DNA of 64,000 nt, from NCBI GenBank assembly GCA_027487245.1, contig JAIYDY010000007.1, forward strand, positions 21,018 through 85,017, written 5' to 3'. The position numbers and the translations under genes were made by a program. The notes beneath the pieces were generated by a model. That model was not told the origin of the DNA and did no database searches. It worked only from the letters and a program-made list of their open reading frames with translations. Numbering within the stretch: position 1 is the stretch's first letter; every line of letters begins with the position of its first letter. The DNA comes from Hyphomicrobiales bacterium (GTDB taxonomy: Bacteria > Pseudomonadota > Alphaproteobacteria > Rhizobiales > Beijerinckiaceae). Of this stretch, positions 1 through 10,945 are shown piece after piece.

Positions 1-523
1 TCCTTCGGCCCAAGGGCTCGAGGTGGTGTTCGAGGCGCTGGAGCCCGGCCCGCTCAGCGGGTTCGGCGACCTTTCGGTGAACGCCTTCCTTGTCGATCAC
101 CACCCGGTTGCGCCAGCCTTCGGGCTCGCCTTTGCCTGCGATGCATCCCGCGTGGTCTTTTCGGGCGATACGCGCCCTTGCGCTGCGCTGGATGAGGCGG
201 CAAGCGGCGCGGATCTGCTGGTGTGCGAGGTCTATGTCGACAGCCAGATGCCGATTGTCAGCGGCGTCCGCAGCGCCGAGACGGTGGCTGCCGTCAGGAG
301 CTACCACATGGTGCCGTCCGAAATCGCCCGGCTCGCCAACCTGTCGGGCGCGAAGGCGGTGGCGTTGACCCATGTCGTGCCGCCATCCGCCGACACGCAG
401 GCTGTGCTCGCCGAGATCCGCGCCGCCGGTTATGACGGCCCGGTCATGGTCGGCGAAGATCTGGCCACGCTCGTCCTGCCGGCGCGCATGCTGCGCTGGC
501 GTGGGCTGGCAGCCAGCTTCTGA
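1..523 (+). CDS. MBL-fold metallo-hydrolase (RNase Z / beta-lactamase-like), C-terminal part; 5' end lies upstream of the window
   Basis: The frame is open from the window edge to the stop at 521-523. Motifs VVFSGDTRP, DLLVCEV, SYHMVPSE and ALTHVVP resemble the C-terminal metal-ligand region of MBL-fold hydrolases. Confidence 0.55.
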   Translation, partial: PSAQGLEVVFEALEPGPLSGFGDLSVNAFLVDHHPVAPAFGLAFACDASRVVFSGDTRPCAALDEAASGADLLVCEVYVDSQMPIVSGVRSAETVAAVRSYHMVPSEIARLANLSGAKAVALTHVVPPSADTQAVLAEIRAAGYDGPVMVGEDLATLVLPARMLRWRGLAASF

Positions 524-529
524 CGCCGC

Positions 530-2440
530 TCAGGCGCTGATGCCCCGCGCTGCAAGCGCGGCGGAGATCTCGTCGAGCACTGCCGGGTCATCGATCGTCG
601 CCGGCATCGACCAGTTCTCGCCATCGGCAATCTTCTTCATGGTGCCGCGCAGGATCTTGCCCGACCGCGTCTTGGGCAGCCGTGCCACCGTGACGGCCAG
701 CTTGAAGGCGGCGACCGGGCCGATCTTGTCGCGCACGAGCCGCACGAGGTCTGCCTCGATCTCGGCATGGGGCGTCCTGACGCCTGCCTTGAGCACCACG
801 AAACCGCAGGGTGCTTCCCCCTTCAGCGCATCGGCGATGCCGATCACGGCGCATTCGGCGACGGCAGGGTGAGAGGCAAGCACCTCCTCCATGCCGCCGG
901 TCGAGAGCCGGTGGCCGGCCACATTGATGATGTCGTCGGTGCGGCCCATGATGTAGAGGTAGCCATCGGCATCGATGAAGCCGGCATCGGCGGTCTTGTA
1001 GAAGCCCGGAAAGTCCGCGAGGTAGGCCTCCGCGAAGCGGTCATCAGCTTGCCACAGGGTCGGGAAGGCACCGGGCGGCAGGGGCAGCCTGACCACGATG
1101 GAACCCATCTGGCCCACCGGGACCGGCTTGCCGGCTTCGTCCACCACGGTGATGTCGTAGCCCGGCATCGGCACGGTCGGCGAGCCATGCTTCACCGGCA
1201 GCATGCCGAGGCCGAGCGGATTGCCGACCATGCACCAGCCTGTCTCGGTCTGCCACCAATGGTCGATCACCGGCACCTTGAGGATGCTTTCGGCCCATTT
1301 CACCGTGTCCGGATCGGCCCTTTCGCCAGCGAGGAAGAGCGCGCGGAAATGCGGCAGGCGGTCCAGGTCAAGATGCGCCGCCTCGGGGTCTTCCTTGCGG
1401 ATGGCGCGGAAGGCCGTCGGGGCGGTGAACAGCGTCACGACCTTGTGCTCGGCGATCAGGCGCCAGTAGGCCCCCGGGTCTGGCGTGCCCACCGGCTTGC
1501 CTTCGTACAGGATGGTGGTGCAGCCGGCGAGGAGCGGCGCATAGACGATGTAGGAATGCCCGACCACCCAGCCAACATCGGAAGCGGCCCAGAACACCTC
1601 GCCGGGGTGGACGCCATAGAGGTTCTGCATCGACCAGTGCAGCGCCACCATGTGTCCACCATTGTCGCGCACGACACCCTTTGGCTTGCCGGTGGTGCCG
1701 GATGTATAGAGCACATAGAGCGGATCGGTCGCCTTGACCGGCACGCAATCGGCCTTGCGGCCTGCCTTGCGCGCCGCCGCCAGCAATTGCGACCAGTCAT
1801 GGTCGCGACCGGGCAGCAATGTTGCTTCGAGTTGGGGCCGCTGCAGCACGAGGCAGGCCTCGGGCTTGTGGCTCGCCATCTCGATCGCGCCGTCAAGCAG
1901 GGGTTTGTAGGCAATGACCTTTGCGACCTCGATGCCGCAGGACGCTGCCAGGATGGCCTTCGGTGTGGCATCATCGATGCGGGTCGCCAGTTCCTTGGCT
2001 GCGAATCCGCCGAAAACGACGGAGTGGATCGCGCCGATGCGGGCGCAGGCCAGCATGGCAAACGCGGCTTCGGGGATCATCGGCATATAGATGAGGACCC
2101 GGTCGCCAGCGACGATGCCCAAGTCGGTCAGCACCGCGGCCAGCGTCGCCACCTCGTCCTTCAGCTCGGCATAGGTGACGGTGCGCTTGCTGCCGGTGAC
2201 GGGGCTGTCATAGATCAGGGCAGCCTGTTCGCCGCGTCCGCCTTCGGCGTGGCGGTCGACCGCATTGAAGCAGGTGTTGCAGACAGCATCGGGAAACCAG
2301 CGCCCGTAGAGTCCGGCCGCCGGGTCCAGGATCGAGGCTGGTGGCGTGATCCAGTCAATCGCACTGGCAGCCCCGGCCCAGAAGGCCTGAGGGTCGGCTT
2401 TCCAGGCGGCATAGGTGGCGTGATAGCGGCTCGGTGTCAT
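530..2440 (-). CDS. prpE: Propionate--CoA ligase / acyl-CoA synthetase (ACS family)
   Basis: 636 aa. It has the AMP-binding motif YTSGTTGKPKGV, the C-terminal TRSGKILRG motif and an N-terminus (YAAWKADPQAFW...IDW) typical of PrpE/Acs enzymes. Confidence 0.8.
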   Translation of the reverse strand: MTPSRYHATYAAWKADPQAFWAGAASAIDWITPPASILDPAAGLYGRWFPDAVCNTCFNAVDRHAEGGRGEQAALIYDSPVTGSKRTVTYAELKDEVATLAAVLTDLGIVAGDRVLIYMPMIPEAAFAMLACARIGAIHSVVFGGFAAKELATRIDDATPKAILAASCGIEVAKVIAYKPLLDGAIEMASHKPEACLVLQRPQLEATLLPGRDHDWSQLLAAARKAGRKADCVPVKATDPLYVLYTSGTTGKPKGVVRDNGGHMVALHWSMQNLYGVHPGEVFWAASDVGWVVGHSYIVYAPLLAGCTTILYEGKPVGTPDPGAYWRLIAEHKVVTLFTAPTAFRAIRKEDPEAAHLDLDRLPHFRALFLAGERADPDTVKWAESILKVPVIDHWWQTETGWCMVGNPLGLGMLPVKHGSPTVPMPGYDITVVDEAGKPVPVGQMGSIVVRLPLPPGAFPTLWQADDRFAEAYLADFPGFYKTADAGFIDADGYLYIMGRTDDIINVAGHRLSTGGMEEVLASHPAVAECAVIGIADALKGEAPCGFVVLKAGVRTPHAEIEADLVRLVRDKIGPVAAFKLAVTVARLPKTRSGKILRGTMKKIADGENWSMPATIDDPAVLDEISAALAARGISA

Positions 2441-2567
2441 GGCTTGTCCTCACCCGTGGCGGTTCTCTTCCAGGACGCGCCTCGTTCAATGGACGCGGTT
2501 TCTGAACAGCATGTGCCGGGCTTGACGTCGAGAGCAACTTTCGGCGGGGTTCTGTCCCCCGGAACGA

Positions 2568-2610
2568 CAAAGCCCGGGCGTGTGGGCCCGGGCCTTGTGG
2601 TCTTTTTTGG
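2568..2610 (-). terminator. GC-rich hairpin downstream of rpmE (possibly bidirectional)
   Basis: GCCCGGGC-gtgtgg-GCCCGGGC stem at 2572-2593. It is flanked by TTTGTCGTT on the minus strand and a T6 run (2602-2608) on the plus strand. Confidence 0.5.
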
Positions 2611-2672
2611 TCGGAGCCAGCCCTGCGCCGGTCCGCAGAAGATCGATCCTGTGCGGCAGATGCCGCGCGGCC

Positions 2673-2900
2673 TCACTTCTTGAAGCTGATGCCGCTGAAC
2701 TTGTTGTTGAAGCGCGACAGGCGACCGCCGCGGTCCATGAGCTGCTGGGTGCCGCCGGTCCAGGCCGGGTGCGTCTTTGGATCAATGTCGAGGTTCATGG
2801 TGTCGCCGTCCTTGCCGTAGGTCGAACGGGTCATGTACTCGGTGCCATCGGTCATCACGACCTTGATGAAATGGTAGTTCGGGTGAATATCCGCTTTCAT
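2673..2900 (-). CDS. rpmE: 50S ribosomal protein L31
   Basis: An internal ATG at 2898-2900 gives a 75-aa product [22 protein letters not shown]...RFNNKF, the canonical L31 sequence. The 151-aa ORF in the track is an upstream over-extension. No Cys residues are present. Confidence 0.95.
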   Translation of the reverse strand: MKADIHPNYHFIKVVMTDGTEYMTRSTYGKDGDTMNLDIDPKTHPAWTGGTQQLMDRGGRLSRFNNKFSGISFKK

Positions 2901-3017
2901 GGCGAGCCTCTTGAGCGCATAACAGTCTTGCGTCGCCGCAATGCGACAGGCAAACCATCGTGCGACGGTGTCTTGTGAAGTTGGCGGGCTATAGCCGAAC
3001 CGGTCAGGAGACGCAAG

Positions 3018-4820
3018 TTGCGAAAGCCGCGTAAGCAAGCCGTGCCGGACATGCCTGGTTCCTCTTTGGATGCCCCGCGTGCTCCGATGTCCGCCCTCGC
3101 GGCGCTGATGCCGTATGTCCTGCGCCATCGCGGCCGCATCACGGCGGCGGTGCTGGCGCTCCTGGCCGCGTCACTGGCGACGCTGGTCCTGCCGCTGGCG
3201 CTGCGCCGTGTGATCGACACTGCATTCGATGCCGGCAATTCCACGCTGAAAGATTATTACTTCATGACGCTGATCGGCGTCGTGCTGATCCTCGCCGTGG
3301 CCAGTTCCGCCCGCTATTATCTGGTGATCACGCTGGGTGAGCGCATCGTCGCGTCCGTGCGGCAAGATGTGTTCCGCCATCTGACCACGCTGGATGCAGC
3401 CTTCTTCGACCGGACCAAGTCGGGCGAGATCGTGTCGCGCCTCTCGGCGGATACGACCAAGATCCAGTCTGCCTTCGGCGCGTCCGCCTCGATCGCTCTG
3501 CGCAACGTATTGCTGTTCTTGGGTGCGACGGTGATGATGATCATCACCAGTCCGCGCCTGTCGATGCTGGTGCTGGCCGCGATCCCGCTCATCGTCGTGC
3601 CGCTGGTGCTGTCGGGACGTGGAGTGCGCAAGCGTGCGCGTGCCGCCCAGGACAAGCTGGCCGAGGCTTCGGCCTATGCCACAGAGGCGATCGGCGCTTC
3701 GCGCACCATGCAGGCCTTCGGGGCCGAGGCCGAGACCACCCGCCGTTTCGGCATGGCGGCAGAGAATGCCTTCGAGGCTGCGCGCCTGTCCACGGCAGCG
3801 AGGGCCTGGCTCTCCGGTTTCGGCATCTTCATGGTGTCGGCAAGCGTGGTCTGGGTGCTCTGGACGGGGGCTGCCGATGTCATGGCGGGGACGATGACAG
3901 GCGGGCGTCTGTCCCAGTTTGTGCTCTATGCCGTTTTTGCAGCCAGTTCGCTGGGGCAGCTTTCCGAGGTCTACGGCGAGATCCAGGCCGCCGCCGGCTC
4001 GGCCGGTCGCATCGGCGAACTGCTCGCCGCGCGCCCGGCGGTCGCTCCGCCGCCCAACCCTGCGCCGTTGCCCGCGAAGATCAGCGGTGCCTTGTCGTTT
4101 TCGCATGTCACGTTCCGCTATGCCGGGCGTGACGATGCGGCGCTGGACGATTTCAGCTTGCATGTGAAGCCCGGCGAGCGCGTCGCCCTCGTCGGCCCGT
4201 CCGGGGCTGGCAAGAGCACCGTCCTGCAACTCGCGTTGCGCTTTTATGATCCGCAAGCTGGCGTCATCACCGTGGACAACATCGCCTCGACCGGGGCCGA
4301 TCCGACCGATTGGCGCCGTGCCTTTGCGCTGGTGCCGCAGGACCCGGTGGTGTTCGGCACGACCGTGCTCGAAAACATCCGCTATGGCCGGCCCGATGCC
4401 AGCGAGTCCGATGTGCTCGCTGCCGCAAAACTGGCCTCTGCGCATGACTTCGTGCTGGCCCTGCCCCAGGGCTACCAGACCGAGATCGGCGAGCGCGGCG
4501 TGCTGCTCTCCGGCGGACAACGCCAGAGGCTGGCCATTGCCCGCGCCATTCTCAAGGATGCGCCGATCCTGCTGCTGGACGAAGCCACCTCGGCGCTCGA
4601 TTCAGAAAGCGAGCGCGCTGTGCAACTGGCGCTCGAAGGACTGATGCGCTCGCGCACCACGCTCGTCGTCGCGCATCGGCTGGCGACAGTGCTGTCCGCC
4701 GACCGGATCGTGGTGATCGATCAGGGCCGGATCGTGGAGGAGGGCACGCATGAGGCGCTGGTTGCGCGAGGCGGGCTTTATGCGCGGCTGGCGGAGTTGC
4801 AGTTCGGTGGAGCCGATTGA
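3018..4820 (+). CDS. ABCB-type exporter, fused permease/ATPase (MsbA/ATM1-like)
   Basis: 600 aa with an N-terminal 6-TM domain, Walker [10 protein letters not shown], signature LSGGQRQR and Walker [12 protein letters not shown]. The TTG at 3018 is preceded by GGAG at 3007-3010. Confidence 0.9.
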   Translation: MRKPRKQAVPDMPGSSLDAPRAPMSALAALMPYVLRHRGRITAAVLALLAASLATLVLPLALRRVIDTAFDAGNSTLKDYYFMTLIGVVLILAVASSARYYLVITLGERIVASVRQDVFRHLTTLDAAFFDRTKSGEIVSRLSADTTKIQSAFGASASIALRNVLLFLGATVMMIITSPRLSMLVLAAIPLIVVPLVLSGRGVRKRARAAQDKLAEASAYATEAIGASRTMQAFGAEAETTRRFGMAAENAFEAARLSTAARAWLSGFGIFMVSASVVWVLWTGAADVMAGTMTGGRLSQFVLYAVFAASSLGQLSEVYGEIQAAAGSAGRIGELLAARPAVAPPPNPAPLPAKISGALSFSHVTFRYAGRDDAALDDFSLHVKPGERVALVGPSGAGKSTVLQLALRFYDPQAGVITVDNIASTGADPTDWRRAFALVPQDPVVFGTTVLENIRYGRPDASESDVLAAAKLASAHDFVLALPQGYQTEIGERGVLLSGGQRQRLAIARAILKDAPILLLDEATSALDSESERAVQLALEGLMRSRTTLVVAHRLATVLSADRIVVIDQGRIVEEGTHEALVARGGLYARLAELQFGGAD

Positions 4821-4910
4821 ACAACCCGCGCCGGCTTCCTGCCTTTGGCCCATGGCGGCTTCTGGCTTCCGGCTTGGCGGGCTGCCCGCGAGTCGTGCTA
4901 GACCAGCGCC

Positions 4911-5771
4911 ATGCTGCGCCCCTTCCGATTGCTGATCGCCGCCTTTGATCGCTTCATCGCCCATGATGGCTGGGCGATCGCGAGCCACATCGCCTTGTCG
5001 GTGCTGATGTCGCTGTTTCCGTTCCTCATTCTGGTGACGGCGATGGCGGGTCTGTTCGGCAGCGAGGAACTTGCCGACGTGGCGGCGAGGCTGTTGCTCG
5101 AAGCCTGGCCGAAGGAAGTCGCGCTGCCGATTGCCAACGAGATCCGCTCGGTTCTGACGGCTGTTCGCGGCGACGCGCTGGCGATTGGTGCCGTGCTGTC
5201 GCTCTACTTCGCGTCCTCGGGGGTCGAGGCGCTGCGCATCGGGCTCAACCGTGCCTACGAGGCTTACGAATGGCGTGCGTGGTATCTCACCCGGCTTGAA
5301 TCGATCGGCTATGTGATTGCGGCGGCTCTGGCGATGATCGCGTTCGCCTTTCTGATCGTGCTCTTTCCACTCGGCTGGCGGGGCTTGCTGCACTGGTTGC
5401 CGGGGCTCCAGTCGGTGGCTTGGGTTGTTGGTCTGGGCAGGGTCGGGCTGGCCTCCCTGATCGTCGTCACCGCGCTGGTGATCGCCCACAAGCTGCTGCC
5501 GGCCGGGCGCATGAGCTGGTCGGCGCTGTGGCCGGGCATTGCCTTCACCATCTCGTTCTGGCTGCTGGGCGGGTTCGCCTTCGGCGCTTACCTCGATTCC
5601 TTCGCCGGGGCCTATGTCACGACCTATGCCGGCCTGGCGACCGCGATGATCGCGCTGGTGTTCCTGTATCTTTTGTCCGCGATCTTCCTGCTTGGCGCCG
5701 AACTCAACGGTGCGATCGAGGATCAACAGAAGCCGCGGCCCAAGGTGCGCGAGGCGCTGTCGACCTTCTGA
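4911..5771 (+). CDS. YihY/BrkB family inner-membrane protein
   Basis: 286-aa polytopic membrane protein. The N-terminus (FDRFIAHDGWAIASHIALSVLMSLFPFLIL) and overall layout match the YihY (formerly called RNase BN) family. Confidence 0.75.
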   Translation: MLRPFRLLIAAFDRFIAHDGWAIASHIALSVLMSLFPFLILVTAMAGLFGSEELADVAARLLLEAWPKEVALPIANEIRSVLTAVRGDALAIGAVLSLYFASSGVEALRIGLNRAYEAYEWRAWYLTRLESIGYVIAAALAMIAFAFLIVLFPLGWRGLLHWLPGLQSVAWVVGLGRVGLASLIVVTALVIAHKLLPAGRMSWSALWPGIAFTISFWLLGGFAFGAYLDSFAGAYVTTYAGLATAMIALVFLYLLSAIFLLGAELNGAIEDQQKPRPKVREALSTF

Positions 5772-5864
5772 AACCGGGCAGGATGGCGGCGGCTCTTCCC
5801 GATGTCTTCACGATTTGTCATCGTTTGACCGCGATACTCCGCCTCGGCTTTGTCCGGAGGGGAC

Positions 5865-6176
5865 ATGATTGCTCAGTTCCTGCATGCCATCGGATGGCGT
5901 TTCCTGTCGAGCGGCGACCTTTTCTTCATCGCCCTGATGGGCGGTGGCGTCTTCATGATCATGGCCTGGCTGGCCGACGTGCTGATGCAGCGGCTCAGCT
6001 TCGGTGTCATCGGCAACATGATCCTGCTGATCTGCGGCGCGATTCTCGGGCTGGCCATCATGGTCTGGATCGGCATGCCGCCGACCCGGCGCGACTTCCT
6101 GCCTGCGCTGTTTGCCTGCGGCATCAGCGCCATCCTGATGCTGGTCGTGTTCGCGGCCGTGAAGCGGGCCGTCTGA
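5865..6176 (+). CDS. Small hydrophobic membrane protein, function unknown
   Basis: About 103 aa with 3-4 predicted TM helices. The ATG at 5865 follows GGAGGGG at 5856-5862. Third-position GC bias supports this frame. Confidence 0.5.
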   Translation: MIAQFLHAIGWRFLSSGDLFFIALMGGGVFMIMAWLADVLMQRLSFGVIGNMILLICGAILGLAIMVWIGMPPTRRDFLPALFACGISAILMLVVFAAVKRAV

Positions 6177-6196
6177 CGCTTCCGCCCCACGCAGCG

Positions 6197-7417
6197 TCAG
6201 GGCTTTTCCAGCAACAGCGCAATGCCCTGGCCGACGCCGATGCACATCGTGCAGAGCGCGCGCCGTGCCTTGCGATCCGACAACTCGATGGCGGCCGTCA
6301 GCGCCAGCCTGGCCCCGCTCATGCCGAGCGGATGGCCGAGCGCGATGGCGCCACCGTTCGGGTTGACCTCGGCGGCATCGTCGGCAAGCCCGAGTTGCCG
6401 CTGGACCGCGAGCGCCTGTGCCGCGAAAGCCTCGTTGAGTTCGATCACGTCGATGTCGTGAAGGCCAAGACCGTGCCGCTCCAGCAGTCTGCGGGTGGCT
6501 GGCACAGGCCCCATGCCCATGATGCGCGGCGGTACGCCCGCCGTGGCCATGCCGGCAATGCGGGCCAGCGGCACGAGACCATGGCGGGCGCAGGCCTGCT
6601 CCGAAGCAATCATCAGCGCCGCTGCTCCGTCGTTGACGCCCGAGGCATTGCCGGCAGTCACTGTTCCGCCGTCCTTGCGAAACGGCGTGCCCAGCCGGGC
6701 CAGCGCATCGAGCGTGGTGCGCCTCGGATGCTCGTCGACATTCACAACAAGCGCCTCGCCCTTGCGCTGGGGCACCGTCACCGGCGCAATCTCGCGTGCA
6801 AAGCGGCCAGTGGCCGCAGCCTGGTGGGCGCGCTCCTGCGACCGCATGGCAAACGCGTCCTGATCGGGACGGCTGATGCCGAACTCTGCCGCCACGTTCT
6901 CGGCCGTCTCTGGCATGGAATCGATGCCGAAAGTGGGTTGCATCCGCGGATTGACGAAGCGCCAGCCAATCGTGCTGTCGAAGATTTCAGCCTGGCGCGA
7001 GAAGGCTTCCGTGGCCTTGGCCATCACGAAGGGCGCGCGCGACATGCTTTCGACGCCGCCTGCGATGATGATCTCGGCCTCGCCGGCGCGAATGGCCCTT
7101 GCCGCCTGCCCGACGGCATCGAGCCCCGAGCCACACAGGCGGTTGATCGTGGCCCCGGTCACGCCCTCAAGCCCTGCCAGCAGCGCTGCCATGCGCGCCA
7201 CATTCCGGTTGTCCTCGCCCGCCTGATTGGCGCAGCCCATCAAGAGGTCATCGATGGCTTTGGCGGGAACCGACGGGCAGCGGCGCATCAGTTCCATGAC
7301 AACATGTGCTGCCAGATCATCGGGCCGGATCGATGACAGTGCCCCGCCATACCGACCGATCGGCGTGCGCACGCCGCTGACGAGGAAGGCCTGTGGCGCG
7401 TGGCTGCTGGGGCGCAT
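6197..7417 (-). CDS. Acetyl-CoA C-acyltransferase (3-ketoacyl-CoA thiolase)
   Basis: 406 aa counted from [25 protein letters not shown]. It has the active-site motif [11 protein letters not shown] and the C-terminal motifs [11 protein letters not shown] and [13 protein letters not shown]. Confidence 0.9.
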   Translation of the reverse strand: MRPSSHAPQAFLVSGVRTPIGRYGGALSSIRPDDLAAHVVMELMRRCPSVPAKAIDDLLMGCANQAGEDNRNVARMAALLAGLEGVTGATINRLCGSGLDAVGQAARAIRAGEAEIIIAGGVESMSRAPFVMAKATEAFSRQAEIFDSTIGWRFVNPRMQPTFGIDSMPETAENVAAEFGISRPDQDAFAMRSQERAHQAAATGRFAREIAPVTVPQRKGEALVVNVDEHPRRTTLDALARLGTPFRKDGGTVTAGNASGVNDGAAALMIASEQACARHGLVPLARIAGMATAGVPPRIMGMGPVPATRRLLERHGLGLHDIDVIELNEAFAAQALAVQRQLGLADDAAEVNPNGGAIALGHPLGMSGARLALTAAIELSDRKARRALCTMCIGVGQGIALLLEKP

Positions 7418-7567
7418 GGCGAAGCTCCGATCACGGTTCCTGCGGGTCTGCAGGGCGCAGTTTTCCCGCTGCGGCCTTGCTGGCAAGGCCGTCAGAGGCG
7501 TCGCGCCCCGCCACAGCGCTGCCCCCGCAATCGGTCTGACTGACCGCTTGGCAGCCCCGCTGAATCA

Positions 7568-7581
7568 TTTTAAGCTTAAAA
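7568..7581. promoter_or_regulatory. Perfect AT-rich palindrome TTTTAAGCTTAAAA, candidate operator in the thiolase/SDR divergent promoter region
   Basis: 14-bp perfect dyad about 40 bp upstream of the SDR start (7621), inside otherwise GC-rich DNA. A MarR-family gene lies in the downstream operon. Confidence 0.4.
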
Positions 7582-7620
7582 CAGTTGGTCGGGCAATTCG
7601 TCCCGCAGACTGAAGGCGAA

Positions 7621-8388
7621 ATGGCCGTGATGCCGGATGATGGCCTGACAGATCAGCATGTGCTCGTCACCGGCGGCAGCCGGGGCATCGGGCTCGCCAT
7701 CGTGCTGGCCATGCGCGCCCGGGGCGCGCGCGTCAGTGCCCTTGCACGGCAATGGGGTGCCGGGGGTGCGCCGGAGGGCGTGCTCCCGCTTGCTGCCGAT
7801 GTGACGGATGAGGACGCGCTCGCCGCCGCCCTCGCCACGGCTTCGGACCGGAACGGGCCGGTCACGATCCTGGTCAACAATGCCGGTGGGGTGGAAACCG
7901 CCCCGCTCGCCCGCACGGATGCGGCCATGGTTCGCCGCATGCTCGCGCTCAATCTCGAAAGCGTGTTCAGCCTCACGCGCCTCGTGCTGCCGTCGATGCT
8001 GGCGGCGCGGCGCGGCAGGATCATCAATGTGGCGAGCACTGCCGGCCTCAAGGGCTATGCCTATGTCAGCGCCTACAGCGCGGCCAAGCATGGCGTGATC
8101 GGTTTGACGCGCGCGCTTGCGCAGGAAATTGCCAGCTCGGGCGTGACCGTCAACGCGGTCTGCCCCGGCTATACCGAGACGGACCTGGTCAGCACGTCGG
8201 TGGCCGCCATCATGGCCAAGACGGGGCGCAGCGAAGCCGAGGTCAGGGCCGAACTGGCAAAGGCCAACCCCCAGGGCCGACTGGTCCAGCCGGACGAGGT
8301 GGCCTCTGCCGTGCTGTGGCTCGCCAGTGACGGGGCCGCGAGCGTCAACGGCGTGGCGCTGAGCATCTCCGGCGGGGAAACGGGCTGA
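7621..8388 (+). CDS. SDR-family oxidoreductase (3-hydroxyacyl-CoA dehydrogenase-like)
   Basis: Has the cofactor motif TGGSRGIGLAI, NNAG and the catalytic YSAAKHGVIGLT (YxxxK) motif. Confidence 0.85.
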   Translation: MAVMPDDGLTDQHVLVTGGSRGIGLAIVLAMRARGARVSALARQWGAGGAPEGVLPLAADVTDEDALAAALATASDRNGPVTILVNNAGGVETAPLARTDAAMVRRMLALNLESVFSLTRLVLPSMLAARRGRIINVASTAGLKGYAYVSAYSAAKHGVIGLTRALAQEIASSGVTVNAVCPGYTETDLVSTSVAAIMAKTGRSEAEVRAELAKANPQGRLVQPDEVASAVLWLASDGAASVNGVALSISGGETG

Positions 8389-8906
8389 TGGACGAGGCCC
8401 TGCCCCCGATGGTCGATGCCGAGACGGTTGTCTCCGAGCGTCCGCGCGACCACAAGGCCGAACTCCGCCTCTGGCTGAGGCTTCTGACCTGCGCGACGCT
8501 GGTGGAAGACGAGGTGCGTTCACGCCTGCGCAACCGCTTCGATGTGACGCTGCCGCGGTTCGACCTGATGGCGCAATTGCACAAGGCCCCGGACGGGCTG
8601 ACGCTCAGCCAGCTGTCCAGCCGCATGATGGTCAGCAACGGCAACCTGACGGCACTGGTCGAGAGGCTGGTCGAGGCCGGCCAGATCGAGCGACGCAACT
8701 CGGGCAGCGATCGCCGGGTGGTCAACGTGGTTCTGACACCCGCCGGCAGCGCCGCCTTTGCGCGCATGGCCAGCCAGCACGAGGACTGGATCGCTGGCTT
8801 CTTCGATGGACTCGATGAGGCCGAGATCGAGCAATTGATGGTGCTTTTGGGCAAGCTGAAAGCCTCCACGCGGGCCGCCATTCACCCAACAGGACCCACG
8901 CCATGA
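8388..8906 (+). CDS. MarR-family transcriptional regulator
   Basis: 172 aa with a winged-HTH region ([33 protein letters not shown]...DRRVV). Its start shares one nucleotide (8388) with the SDR stop codon (TGATG). Confidence 0.85.
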   Translation: MDEALPPMVDAETVVSERPRDHKAELRLWLRLLTCATLVEDEVRSRLRNRFDVTLPRFDLMAQLHKAPDGLTLSQLSSRMMVSNGNLTALVERLVEAGQIERRNSGSDRRVVNVVLTPAGSAAFARMASQHEDWIAGFFDGLDEAEIEQLMVLLGKLKASTRAAIHPTGPTP

Positions 8907-9736
8907 GCACGCCACATGATGACCCGACGTGCCAGTCCATGCGTGAGGCCATCCATTTCGGCCTTGCCGTGGAAGGGTCTGTGGCGACCGTGACGCTGAA
9001 CCGCCCTGACAAGAAGAACCCGCTCACTTTCGAGAGCTATGCCGAACTGGTCCGCTTCTTCCGGCAACTGCAATATGACGACGCGGTCAAGGCCGTGGTT
9101 GTCACCGGGGCGGGCGGCAATTTCTGTTCCGGTGGCGATGTCTTCGAGATCATCGAGCCGCTTCTGGCCAAGGACACCAAAGGCCTGATGCGCTTCACCG
9201 AGATGACTGGCGATCTGGTCAAGGCGATGCGGGCCTGCCCGCAGCCGGTGATCGCGGCCATTGCCGGCGTCTGTGTCGGGGCTGGCGCCATCATCGCCAT
9301 GGCGTCGGATCTGAGGCTCGGCACGCACGATGCCAAGGTCGCGTTCCTGTTCAACAAGGTCGGTCTAGCCGGGTGTGACATGGGGGCTTGCGCCATGCTG
9401 CCGCGCATCATCGGCTATGGGCGCGCTTCGGAACTGCTGTTCACGGGCCGCGTGCTGGGCGGGCTGGAGGCCGAACGCTGGGGCTTCTTCAACAGGCTCT
9501 GCGCAACGGACGCAGTGCTTCCGGACGCAATGCAACTGGCGCATGAACTGGCCAGCGGACCAACCTTCGCTAACGACATCACCAAGAAGATGCTGGCGAT
9601 GGAATGGGCCATGAGCATCGAGGAGGCCATCAAGGCCGAGGCCGTGGCGCAGGCGCTGTGCATGACCACCCAGGATTTCCGGCGCGCGTTCGAGGCTTTT
9701 GCCGCGCGGCAGAAGCCGGTCTTTGCCGGCAACTGA
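8903..9736 (+). CDS. Enoyl-CoA hydratase/isomerase (crotonase) family protein
   Basis: [15 protein letters not shown] and [16 protein letters not shown] are crotonase signatures. There is an ATGA overlap with the marR stop. Confidence 0.85.
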   Translation: MSTPHDDPTCQSMREAIHFGLAVEGSVATVTLNRPDKKNPLTFESYAELVRFFRQLQYDDAVKAVVVTGAGGNFCSGGDVFEIIEPLLAKDTKGLMRFTEMTGDLVKAMRACPQPVIAAIAGVCVGAGAIIAMASDLRLGTHDAKVAFLFNKVGLAGCDMGACAMLPRIIGYGRASELLFTGRVLGGLEAERWGFFNRLCATDAVLPDAMQLAHELASGPTFANDITKKMLAMEWAMSIEEAIKAEAVAQALCMTTQDFRRAFEAFAARQKPVFAGN

Positions 9737-9746
9737 GGCGGGCATC

Positions 9747-10937
9747 ATGGCGGATCGCAGCTTTCTCGACTGGCCGTTCCTGGATGCCCGGCACCGGCAA
9801 CTGCATGCCGGGATCGATGCCTGGGCGCGCGTCGCGCTTCCCGGTCTTGTCGATCATCACGATGTGGATGCCTCCTGCCGCAAGCTGGTGCGTGCTCTCG
9901 GCGAGGCCGGATTCCTGACGCAGGTCGTGCCGGCCGCGTTCGGCGGAGCCAGCGAAGCGCTCGACGTCCGGGCCCTGTGCCTCGCCCGCGAAACTTTGGC
10001 CTGGCATGAAGGCCTTGCCGATTTCGCCTTCGCCATGCAGGGGCTCGGCACGGGGCCGATCAGCCTGTTCGGCTCGGAGGCCCAGAAGCAGCGCTATCTG
10101 CCGCCGGTCGCGCGCGGCGAGGCGATTGCCGCCTTTGCCCTGTCCGAAGCGGACGCGGGCTCGGATGTGGCCGCGATGACGACCAGGGCCGAGCCGGACG
10201 GTGCCGCGCACGTTCGCCTGAACGGTGCCAAGACCTGGATATCGAATGGTGGCATTGCGGATCATTACATCGTTTTCGCGCGTGAGGGCGAAGGCAAGGG
10301 CACCCGCAACATCAGCGCCTTCATCGTTGATGCAGGTCTTGCCGGCTTCGAGATCGCAGATCGCATAGCGGTGACCGCACCCCATCCCTTGGCGATACTG
10401 CGCTTCAGCGATTGCCGGATTGCCACCAGCCAGCGCATCGGTGCGCCGGGCGAGGGCTTCAAGATCGCCATGGCGACGCTCGATATGTTCCGCTCCACGG
10501 TCGGCGCGGCAGCGCTGGGCCTGGGTCGGCGGGCGCTCGATGAGGCCACGGCGAGAGCGGCCAGCCGGCCGATGTTCGGCGGCGTGCTGGGCGATCTGCA
10601 ACTGACGCAGGCGGCCCTGGCCGACAGTGCGACCGAGATCGATGCGGCCGCCCTGCTGATCTACCGGGCTGCCTGGACGAAGGACATGGGAGCGGCGCGC
10701 ATCACGCGCGAGGCGGCCATGGCCAAGATGTTCGCCACCGAGGCCGCGCAGCGCGTGATCGACCGCGCCATCCAGATCTTCGGCGGCGAGGGCGTCCGGG
10801 TCGGCTCCAAGGTCGAGGAACTTTACCGCGAGGTGCGGGCGCTGCGCATCTATGAAGGCGCCACGGAGGTGCAGAAGGTGATCATCGCGCGGGCACTGCT
10901 GGCCGATCATGCCGCGTTGTCCGGCAGGGCAGGGTGA
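9747..10937 (+). CDS. Acyl-CoA dehydrogenase
   Basis: 396 aa counted from MADRSFLD. It has [19 protein letters not shown] and a C-terminal [15 protein letters not shown] motif typical of ACADs. Confidence 0.9.
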   Translation: MADRSFLDWPFLDARHRQLHAGIDAWARVALPGLVDHHDVDASCRKLVRALGEAGFLTQVVPAAFGGASEALDVRALCLARETLAWHEGLADFAFAMQGLGTGPISLFGSEAQKQRYLPPVARGEAIAAFALSEADAGSDVAAMTTRAEPDGAAHVRLNGAKTWISNGGIADHYIVFAREGEGKGTRNISAFIVDAGLAGFEIADRIAVTAPHPLAILRFSDCRIATSQRIGAPGEGFKIAMATLDMFRSTVGAAALGLGRRALDEATARAASRPMFGGVLGDLQLTQAALADSATEIDAAALLIYRAAWTKDMGAARITREAAMAKMFATEAAQRVIDRAIQIFGGEGVRVGSKVEELYREVRALRIYEGATEVQKVIIARALLADHAALSGRAG

Positions 10938-10945
10938 GGCCGATC

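Noticed and set aside
767-2683. Very long ORFs antisense to, or out of frame with, well-supported genes. Examples: 767..2683, 3171..4520, 4602..5726, 5420..7336, 9630..10910, 10949..11977, 16327..17901, 28249..29259, 30057..31196, 33269..34549, 35607..37130, 36768..38048, 43723..44682.
   Set aside because: These are typical shadow ORFs of ~65% GC DNA. Their translations are Arg/Ala/Gly/Pro-rich and low in complexity, with no recognisable motifs. Each mirrors a gene whose own frame carries clear family signatures.
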